Source: Aestuariivirga sp. (GTDB taxonomy: Bacteria; Pseudomonadota; Alphaproteobacteria; Rhizobiales; Aestuariivirgaceae). From it: a stretch of DNA of 64,000 nucleotides. The stretch spans positions 62,247 to 126,246 of the forward strand of contig JAYTUV010000055.1 of NCBI GenBank assembly GCA_043744395.1. Direction: 5' to 3'. Below the pieces are notes generated by a model that ran no database searches, was not told the origin of the DNA, and saw only the letters and a list, made by a program, of their open reading frames with translations. How positions within the stretch are numbered: the first letter of the stretch is position 1; each line of letters starts with the position of its first letter. This document shows, piece after piece, positions 45,802-53,258 of this stretch. Made by a program: the position numbers and the translations under genes.

Positions 45802-46694
45802 TGAGAAATGAAAAACCGATGAATTTTTACAACGTTAGAATACTTATCGCAATGACAGCAGTCAGTTCCTTAAGCCTCAATGCATTTGCAGACGACATTC
45901 CAAAAAGCGCCACAGCCGATACCGATATGATCGTGGGTGGCAAAGTTGCTGATGCAAATAAATGGCCCTGGCAAGTCCGCCTTTTTGAAGATCGTTTCGA
46001 CGTTGGCGGCAGCTGCGGCGGAACACTGATTGCAAAGCAATGGGTGTTAACCGCCGCTCATTGCACAAAAGATCATGAGAGTTTTGTCGTAGGCTATGGC
46101 AGCAATAAGATCTCGAAACTGAAGCGTGTTGACAGTACCAAAGTCATCACACATCCGGGCTACGATCCTCTGACCATGCAAAATGATATTGCTTTGATCA
46201 AGCTCAAAAGCCCTGTCGCCTTCGGCAACGGTACGACAAATGTTGATTTGGCAACAACCGATTTCTTCCAGTCCCTTGAAGGCAAAAAATCCACAGTCAC
46301 AGGTTGGGGCTATCTTTACGATTTAGATGCGTTTCAAAAAAAATATCCAGGAACTGAAGTCGATTGGAATTCACTGACACCGAACGATTTGCAAGAAGTT
46401 GAAGTGCCAGTCCAAAACTTTGACGCGTGCCGTGCAAGCTACACCTCACAAGGTGCCAATGATATTCCGGAAGGCCAGATGTGCGCTGGTCTAAATCGCG
46501 GTGGAAAAGATAGTTGCCAAGGCGACAGTGGCGGCCCATTGGTCGCCCCAGATCCGGCCAACAAAAAAGGATTTGTGCAGATCGGCGTTGTGTCTTGGGG
46601 CCGCGGCTGCGCCCAACCAAAACTCTTCGGCATCTATACGCGCACAGATTTTTATGCAGACTGGATCAAGAAAGCAATTGTCAGAAACAACTAA
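45801..46694 (+). CDS. secreted S1A (chymotrypsin-fold) trypsin-like serine protease
   Basis: Signal peptide 'MNFYNVRILIAMTAVSSLSLNAFA'. 'IVGG', 'WVLTAAHC' (His), 'NDIALIKL' (Asp), 'GGKDSCQGDSGGPL' (Ser plus Asp at the S1 pocket), 'VVSWGRGCAQ'. TAATG overlap with the TIR gene. Confidence 0.92.
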   Translation: MRNEKPMNFYNVRILIAMTAVSSLSLNAFADDIPKSATADTDMIVGGKVADANKWPWQVRLFEDRFDVGGSCGGTLIAKQWVLTAAHCTKDHESFVVGYGSNKISKLKRVDSTKVITHPGYDPLTMQNDIALIKLKSPVAFGNGTTNVDLATTDFFQSLEGKKSTVTGWGYLYDLDAFQKKYPGTEVDWNSLTPNDLQEVEVPVQNFDACRASYTSQGANDIPEGQMCAGLNRGGKDSCQGDSGGPLVAPDPANKKGFVQIGVVSWGRGCAQPKLFGIYTRTDFYADWIKKAIVRNN

Positions 46695-46706
46695 GGTTCA
46701 AAACCT

Positions 46707-48446
46707 ATGCTAATGGTGACACTTGATCCACAAATCGCTGACCTTACAGGTGGCGATAGATTTGTTTTTGCTGCCCCCGCAGCTGTCATTCGCTTTGGCC
46801 GAAGCATGGAAAGCGAAGTTCGTTTTTCACCCTCTGATGCAAGATTAGGCCGCAATCATTTTGAATTGCGCCCTGCGGCCGGAAGCTATGAACTGGTGAC
46901 CGACCGCGTGCACCCGGTTTTCATGAATGGCGAACGCGTGGTTGGCAATGTGGCGTTGCTTGAAAACACCGAGCTCCGTTTGGTTGATGCCGCAACTGGC
47001 CCTTGGATTAGAATTTCAATAGCGCAGTCAGCCGACGGAAATATCACCGACCCCAATTTCAAAATCGACAGCGGCACTGTGCAACAAGGCATAAAACACG
47101 CCACACAATTGGTTGCTGGACTGGCAGTTTTGGTGGCGATGGTCGGCGGTTTCACATTGTATAAATGGCACAATCAGGATGTGCGCAATCAGGCCTATCT
47201 GAGCGAAACAGCTGCTTTAATTGCAAGGCTTGATGCAGTTCAGAGCGCTGAACCAACGCCAGATTGGAAAAAAGTCGGCGAAAAAATCACAGGCTCTGTC
47301 TATCAGGTTGCGCTGAAATCAATTGATAACTCGAGACCCACACCCCTAGGCACAGCATGGGTTTCCGGCGATCACACCTTGATCACCAATGCTCATGTTG
47401 CCGTCTTGTTTGAAAAGGCCAAGAGCATTAATCAAATGCTAGTTGTTGTAGCACCCGATCAGCCAGATCGTTTCATCCCCATTACAGATGTCAATATTCA
47501 TCCTGCATATTTAAATTTTCGCCAGACTCTGGACAACACCGAAAAAGCCACCGGAGCGAAACTTAATGCATTGGGCAGCTATGATGTTGCAATTTTAATC
47601 GTGGACCCGGCCACAAAACTTGCGCCAAAACTGAACGTTGCGAATGCAGACGAGTTACAAAATCTAAAGCCGGGAGAAGCAATTGCCTTTGTGGGCTATC
47701 CTGCGGCTGACGCAAAAAACAAAACAGCAGAACAAATGCATTTTGGTTTTGTCAGCGGCTCCACTGATTTTCTAGGTGTCGGTGGAAATCGACCCGGACA
47801 GCTCATTTATCACACAGCGCCAGCATCAGGCGGCGCCAGCGGCAGCCCCATCGTAAATGGCAAGGGTGAAGTCATCGCAATTTTGTCAGGCGGCGAAACC
47901 AAAGAATTGTCCAAAGAATTTATCATATCAGGCTCTGGAACGTTTTATGGGCAGAGTGCGTCTCTCATCTCCGACATCGTTAAAGGCTGGAGCGTCGAAA
48001 AAACAAAGTCCGCAATCACGCAATGGCAAAATGACATGCTCTATTTAGCAAAGCGCGATGTTATTTGGAGCACGCTTGAAGATTACAGAAATGGTGAGTC
48101 ACTTCAAAGTGTAAGTTCACCACCCATCTTTCAAGGCAAAGCCAACTTGAAATTGAATGATGCAAAGTCTTTGAGCGCGCAGGCTGTTGAAATTTGGAAT
48201 AATGTCGAAGCTGGAACTTATGTCGCCTTTGCGACCCCAGACGGAAAAGCAAATTCACAAAAACGTCTGAGGCTTCGCGTTTCGACAAATGAAAGCGTTT
48301 TGCAATCGCCTCTCTATTTAGACGAAGCCCCAACGGCGCTTTTCAAGATTGATGCAAAGACAGATATCTCGTTTGCCATTGAAGGTGCTACTGGCGAAAA
48401 TTATTGGCTGCAAGTAATCAAGCTGGACGAGCCCGCTCCAAACTGA
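46707..48446 (+). CDS. FHA domain - TM helix - trypsin-like (S1, Trypsin_2-type) protease with C-terminal domain of unknown function
   Basis: FHA-like 'IRFGRSMESEVRF...ARLGRNHFEL...PVFMNGERV'. TM 'ATQLVAGLAVLVAMVGGFTLY' (nt 47100-47162). Triad candidates 'LITNAHVA', 'YDVAILIV', 'GGASGSPIVNGKGEVIAI'. Confidence 0.8.
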   Translation: MLMVTLDPQIADLTGGDRFVFAAPAAVIRFGRSMESEVRFSPSDARLGRNHFELRPAAGSYELVTDRVHPVFMNGERVVGNVALLENTELRLVDAATGPWIRISIAQSADGNITDPNFKIDSGTVQQGIKHATQLVAGLAVLVAMVGGFTLYKWHNQDVRNQAYLSETAALIARLDAVQSAEPTPDWKKVGEKITGSVYQVALKSIDNSRPTPLGTAWVSGDHTLITNAHVAVLFEKAKSINQMLVVVAPDQPDRFIPITDVNIHPAYLNFRQTLDNTEKATGAKLNALGSYDVAILIVDPATKLAPKLNVANADELQNLKPGEAIAFVGYPAADAKNKTAEQMHFGFVSGSTDFLGVGGNRPGQLIYHTAPASGGASGSPIVNGKGEVIAILSGGETKELSKEFIISGSGTFYGQSASLISDIVKGWSVEKTKSAITQWQNDMLYLAKRDVIWSTLEDYRNGESLQSVSSPPIFQGKANLKLNDAKSLSAQAVEIWNNVEAGTYVAFATPDGKANSQKRLRLRVSTNESVLQSPLYLDEAPTALFKIDAKTDISFAIEGATGENYWLQVIKLDEPAPN

Positions 48447-50327
48447 TTACTTGAGGGTGGCAACGACCGTCAAATCTGCGAATGAAAGCGGCGACAAAAA
48501 TTGCCCGGCCACATCACGCGCAGCGGATTTTGGAATAGTGTATATTATTTTATTTAGCTCTTTTGGAATAGCGAAAACATCTTGCCAACTCTGCTCCCGG
48601 GTCTCAGGCAATTTCGCGCCGAGACATTCCAATAACATCAGACCGAGCGCATATTGATCTCTCCAAGCCGCACTATGAAATTTTGCTGCCAACGCAGGAG
48701 GCGCATAACGCGCCGTTGCACCGGATTGTTCTTTGTATTTCTCGGTCATCAGAGTGGCCAATCCAAAATCAACCAGCATCGTTGAACCATCGCGCGTGAT
48801 AATAACATTTTCTGGCTTCACATCGCCGTGCACGACACCGCGCGAATGCAACGCTTTCAATGTTTCAGCAAGCGCCATCACATAAGGCAAACAGGGTTGC
48901 CCTTGTTCTAGCAGTTTCCGAAGTGAATTGCCCTGCACATATTCTTGTACAATATAAAGTGCGTTTTCACCTTCCTGACCGCATGCCAAAATGCGGGCCA
49001 TGCCGGGCGCTGTTGCGGCATTGGCGCCGCGCACTTCGCGTTCAAGTGCGGCAATTTGAATTGTCGCTTGGCGCGGCAAGACCTTGAGTTTTTTCAACGC
49101 AACATTCTTGGCCCGCGCATTGTCATATGCCAAATAAACTTCGCCCTGCCCTCCAGAACCAAGCTTCTGCAAAAGCACATAGGCCTGTCGATTTTTCCAC
49201 GCATTCTCGGAAGTCACGCGATTGGTTTCCACGATAGGATGAAGATTGAGATGCAAATCTGCAAAAGCGGTTTCAACTTTCTCAAGCTGTACGTTGAGGT
49301 TTCGTGAAGCACAATAGTGTCGCGCGCCGTCAAGTTCGGCTGCCGCCAAATCTGCTTGTCCATCTGCAGAATAAGCCTTCGCCAAGAGAATACGCACATC
49401 AACCAAACGAACTGCGAGATCTTCATCTTCAAACCAGTCACGCGCGAGTTGAAGCGGGGAAATTGCAAGTTTGCATTGCCCCCGCGCCAAGTCATGCTTT
49501 GCACGGAGCACCGACACGACAATGGCTTCAAAACTTTCCGGAACGCAACACAGAGGCAGCGCCGCAAGTTGGTTCAAATGGATCTCGTTTTCTGGGTCGC
49601 GGTTGCGAAGTCCATCTTCAACCCGCAGCACCCGCCACCTAAACTGCAAATAAACCGGAAGTTTCGCATCATTTTTTTGCAATCGGTTCAGATGATCACC
49701 AGGCTCTTGATCTAACCCAAGCTTGATCCGTGCCGCGCATTCTTGCAGTTGTAGCCAGTAAACACTTTTTAAAAAAGGTTTGGCCTGTTGTTCTGCCAAA
49801 TCAACATAGGTTTTTGCAGAAAGCCATTTTTCCACCTCAGCATAAGCATCTGCCAATCGACAAAAGGCTAAAAAGCGATAGCCCATGAATGCACCAGTGT
49901 TTGCCTTTGCTAAAACTTCAACCAAACAGTCCTGCACCTGCCCCATACTGCCCAACCACGCATAAACCCGCGCCGTCTCCAAAAGAACATCGAGTTCAAA
50001 TTCATCTTGTTTAATGCGCGCCGCCAAATCATGGGCGCGGGAAAGCAGCGCCAAGGCAGCCAGCGGATCACGTGACCTGTTTCTCAAAATGGCCTGCAGC
50101 AGAAGCGATCTGCATTGGTCTTCTGAATGTGAATCAATATCAAAAAAAATTATGTCCGAGGGTTTGATAAATTGCTGCAGCTGCAAAAAACCAAATTCAT
50201 TCTGCCAAACAGGTTTATCGCGTGTTTTGATGGGCAGCGCATCGAAATGTCGCAGGCCCTCGTCAACAAATCCACGGCGTAAAATATTTCGAAACTGCGT
50301 GAGTTGGTCGATGGTCAAAGCTCCCAA
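48447..50327 (-). CDS. Hanks-type Ser/Thr protein kinase with about 370-aa N-terminal helical-repeat region
   Basis: C-terminal kinase motifs 'LGSGGQGEVY', 'VALKKLK', 'HGDVKPENV', 'VDFGLA'. No TM helix is evident. The TTG start at 50327 is uncertain and there is no internal ATG for more than 100 codons. Confidence 0.8.
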   Translation of the reverse strand: MGALTIDQLTQFRNILRRGFVDEGLRHFDALPIKTRDKPVWQNEFGFLQLQQFIKPSDIIFFDIDSHSEDQCRSLLLQAILRNRSRDPLAALALLSRAHDLAARIKQDEFELDVLLETARVYAWLGSMGQVQDCLVEVLAKANTGAFMGYRFLAFCRLADAYAEVEKWLSAKTYVDLAEQQAKPFLKSVYWLQLQECAARIKLGLDQEPGDHLNRLQKNDAKLPVYLQFRWRVLRVEDGLRNRDPENEIHLNQLAALPLCCVPESFEAIVVSVLRAKHDLARGQCKLAISPLQLARDWFEDEDLAVRLVDVRILLAKAYSADGQADLAAAELDGARHYCASRNLNVQLEKVETAFADLHLNLHPIVETNRVTSENAWKNRQAYVLLQKLGSGGQGEVYLAYDNARAKNVALKKLKVLPRQATIQIAALEREVRGANAATAPGMARILACGQEGENALYIVQEYVQGNSLRKLLEQGQPCLPYVMALAETLKALHSRGVVHGDVKPENVIITRDGSTMLVDFGLATLMTEKYKEQSGATARYAPPALAAKFHSAAWRDQYALGLMLLECLGAKLPETREQSWQDVFAIPKELNKIIYTIPKSAARDVAGQFLSPLSFADLTVVATLK

Positions 50328-50472
50328 ATCAAACAGGAGACAACAAACTATCGCATTTCACTGCCGTTTGCAGCATCAAAAAAAGATCTTCTTTTTGCAA
50401 CACAATTACCAAATGACGGGTTTTGGTTGAGGTCAGTTCCGCATGGTCATGAGGTGTTTCAAAGAAAAATGA

Positions 50473-50544
50473 TGGGCGGTATTGGGATCGAACCTACGAC
50501 CACTGCGATGCCAAAGTAATGCTCTATCGTTTAGCTATCCGCCT
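50473..50544 (-). pseudogene. decayed tRNA-like sequence (not a foldable canonical tRNA by eye)
   Basis: Minus strand reads AGGCGGATAGCTAAACGATAGAGCATTACTTTGGCATCGCAGTGGTCGTAGGTTCGATCCCAATACCGCCCA. T-loop GGTTCGATCC and D-arm-like TAGC..AGAGC are present. The acceptor, anticodon and T stems all carry mismatches and the D loop has no GG. Confidence 0.5.
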
Positions 50545-50569
50545 ACTGATTAAATGCAAACGTTTACCG

Positions 50570-50998
50570 CGATGCCGAAGGATGGTTAAGTACAAACAGG
50601 GTGTCGTTCAGCTTCTCATCACGCAGCTTTCTATTGAAGCTTTCAATAAAGCCATTCTGCATTGGATTGCCCGGAGCGATGTAGTGCCATTCAACCTTGG
50701 CTTCCTCTGCCTAGTTCAGAATGGCATTGCTGGTAAACTCTTTGCCGTTGTCGCTCAAAATCATTTTGGATGATCTACGTTGTGCGATGATCTGATGAAA
50801 TTCTCTGGCCACCCAATTACCTGGCAGCGATGTGTCTGGCACTAGGGCCATACATTCGCGGGTGCAGAAACCCCAGCTTCGTGCTCCCTCAATATCCGAT
50901 AATCTGCTCTTCTGTAAATCGACTGTGTTTCATTCTCTGGTCCTCGTTGTTGGGCCAGAGCTAACTTCAATAGGGATTAAGACACGGGGGCAAGGTCA
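50570..50998 (-). mobile_element. IS3-family insertion sequence remnant (internally deleted, inactivated)
   Basis: Minus-strand translation gives OrfA-like 'MKHSRFTEEQIIG' (ATG 50933), then a frameshift ('LREHEAGVSAP'). It then jumps to the OrfB/rve C-terminal part '[69 protein letters not shown]' with an in-frame TAG. A terminal TGACCTTGCCCCCGTG reads inward from 50998. No right end is present. Confidence 0.8.
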
Positions 50999-51096
50999 AT
51001 CCAACAATCAATTGGATGAATCTTAATTTAGATTCGACTATGCAATTTAAATTGAGTTCTATTTAATGCCGTCAACCGGGTTTGCAAAAATAGCAC

Positions 51097-51189
51097 TAGA
51101 TCAATCTGACTTTTGACGGAATCGTCAAAAGTCAGATAAATTGATCTAAAACAATAACTTATGACGATTTTCATGTTTCCATGAAACAT
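51097..51189 (-). terminator. two tandem hairpins downstream of the hybrid kinase gene (probable terminator)
   Basis: Hairpin 51173-51189 (atgtttc cat gaaacat). Long hairpin 51097-51148 has a 13-bp perfect core ctgacttttgacg/cgtcaaaagtcag extended by tagatcaat/attgatcta. On the minus strand it is followed by gtgctattttt. Confidence 0.6.
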
Positions 51190-51198
51190 CAAAACGCT

Positions 51199-53256
51199 CT
51201 AGTGGCCACTACGCAAAATGCAGTTTTCTAGTTTAAATGCTTCGATTGTTCTGTGCGCGACTTCCGTCAATTGACGAAGGCGAGATGCGAGTACTTCATC
51301 GTTCATCTCTCCATAACCTATTTCGATTGCTTCTGCTTCGCCGCGCAAGTTTTGCGCTCCGACGGTCGCGCAAATGCCTGAAAGCGCGTGGGTTGCTTTG
51401 CGCACACCCTCAAAATCACGCGACAAGAATGCTTTGTTGGCCATTGGACAACGCAGCTCAACTTCGGCAATAAATTGCCGAAGCACAACTGGTAAAATAT
51501 CTGCACCCAATTCATCAGCCAATCTTTGAAGTTCAAAGTGTTCGATCAATGGCAAAGAGTTTGGATAAACACCAGACAGATTTTCTTGAGGTTTAGGAGC
51601 GGTTATTTCAATATCAATTAATGCAGCTAGAATATCAGATTTCCGAATTGGCTTAGAGAGGTATCTTGACATACCTGCGTCAAGAAATCTCTCACGATCA
51701 CCGACTACAGCATTTGCTGTCATCGCAATTATTGGAATTTTATTTTTTGGATTGGGCATAGAACGAATAAGAAATGCCGCTTCTAACCCATCCATGACGG
51801 GCATGGATATGTCCATAAAAATCACATCAAAATATTCATTTTGAACTTTCGCGACAGCTTCCGTTCCATCAATAGCAGTTTCGACACTATGGCCAGCTGC
51901 AGTCAACACTCGAACTGCTACCATTTGATTGGTTAAGTTGTCTTCGGCCAAAAGGATGCGCAAATTATTCTGTTTGGGAATCGCTAAACATTCTTGAACA
52001 TGAGCAATGGTTCTTTCAGCAATAGGTTCGGCAGTATCCAGAGTTACCTCAAACCAAAAATGGCTTCCATAACCGATTTTGCTCAGAACCCCAGTTTGCC
52101 CCCCCATGGCTGTTACTAAAATCTTGCTGATTGCCAAGCCTAAGCCAGTCCCACCCGACCGTCGCCTATAGCTGGTATCAACCATCGAAAACTCCTTGAA
52201 GAGGAGTTCAATGCTCTGCTCAGAAATACCAATGCCCGTATCGATGACCGAAAATTTATACTGAGCTTCGCTCACGTTGCTCTCTAGCCTTTCTACTTCT
52301 AATTTTACAATTCCGTCCGTGGTAAATTTTACTGCATTTGAAGCAAAATTCAGTAGGATTTGTCGCAGTCGCATGGCATCGCCCACGAGCCAACCAGGCA
52401 CATTTCTATCGACTAGAATTTGAATATCGTTGTTTTGTGCCTTTGATTGACTCCGTAAAATACCTGCAACGGAGTTGATAAGTTCACCCACATTGAAGGG
52501 TGCAAGTTCGAGATCGAGTTTACCAGCCTCCATTTTAGAGAAATCAAGCACATCGCTGATTTGGCTGAGCAGTGCTTCGCCAGATTTAATTGCTGTTGTA
52601 ACGAGGCCAAATTGATCTGAGTTCAGCTTTGTATGTTCCAATAGATCGAGACAGCCGATAACTCCATTCAAAGGCGTGCGCATTTCATGGCTCATGACGG
52701 CCAGAAAGCTGGCTTTAGCAAGATTGGCTGCTGTAGAAGTCTCAAGCGCATGTTTTAAGTTTGCCTCCGCTTCCAAGCGCTTTTCAATGTTGCGCAAATA
52801 GGCGACGAATACTGGGCTATCCAGGCCACGAGAAACACCTAATGCCAATTCAACTGGAATTTCATGTCCAGCCAAGTGGAGCGCCTGAATCTCTTCGCGT
52901 TTGCCCAATAAATTTGCGTCGCCCGTGGCAAGATAACGCGATAAAATTCTACGGTGTGCAGCGCGGCTTCGTTCAGGGAGAATTATATCAGCAAAATCTT
53001 TGCCAATCGCTTGATCTCGATTGAACCCAAAGCAAGCTATTGCAGCATTGTTCCAATCTAAAACTATTCCTTTACTGTCTGTAACGACGACGGGATCAAG
53101 GGCCGACCTAAAAATGGCATTCAGACGTAGCTGGCTATCAGACAGTGTAATTTTGCGTTTTGAAAAATAGAATATGTGTCTATTTCTATAAAGCATTGCA
53201 CCAATTAAAATCGAAGTACACATCAACACACAGATTTGCGTTATATTGAGCGGCAT
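51199..53256 (-). CDS. hybrid sensor histidine kinase (TM-PAS-HisKA-HATPase-REC-HPt)
   Basis: H-box 'SHEMRTPLNG', N-box 'NFASNAVKFT', 'DTGIGI', 'GGTGLGLAI'. REC 'DVIFMDISMPVMDG'. HPt 'KATHALSGICATVGA'. PAS 'VVVTDSKGIVLDWNNAA'. Confidence 0.92.
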   Translation of the reverse strand: MPLNITQICVLMCTSILIGAMLYRNRHIFYFSKRKITLSDSQLRLNAIFRSALDPVVVTDSKGIVLDWNNAAIACFGFNRDQAIGKDFADIILPERSRAAHRRILSRYLATGDANLLGKREEIQALHLAGHEIPVELALGVSRGLDSPVFVAYLRNIEKRLEAEANLKHALETSTAANLAKASFLAVMSHEMRTPLNGVIGCLDLLEHTKLNSDQFGLVTTAIKSGEALLSQISDVLDFSKMEAGKLDLELAPFNVGELINSVAGILRSQSKAQNNDIQILVDRNVPGWLVGDAMRLRQILLNFASNAVKFTTDGIVKLEVERLESNVSEAQYKFSVIDTGIGISEQSIELLFKEFSMVDTSYRRRSGGTGLGLAISKILVTAMGGQTGVLSKIGYGSHFWFEVTLDTAEPIAERTIAHVQECLAIPKQNNLRILLAEDNLTNQMVAVRVLTAAGHSVETAIDGTEAVAKVQNEYFDVIFMDISMPVMDGLEAAFLIRSMPNPKNKIPIIAMTANAVVGDRERFLDAGMSRYLSKPIRKSDILAALIDIEITAPKPQENLSGVYPNSLPLIEHFELQRLADELGADILPVVLRQFIAEVELRCPMANKAFLSRDFEGVRKATHALSGICATVGAQNLRGEAEAIEIGYGEMNDEVLASRLRQLTEVAHRTIEAFKLENCILRSGH

Positions 53257-53258
53257 AA

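Noticed and set aside
50473-50544. Possible functional tRNA gene
   Set aside because: The acceptor stem has terminal mismatches. The D loop lacks GG. No 5-bp anticodon stem can be drawn around any 7-nt loop. The T stem has an A-A mismatch. It is reported as a decayed tRNA-like remnant pending tRNAscan-SE.
50519-51026. Plus-strand ORFs 50519..50773 (84 aa) and 50832..51026 (64 aa)
   Set aside because: They are antisense to the IS3 remnant, whose minus-strand translation shows clear transposase motifs.
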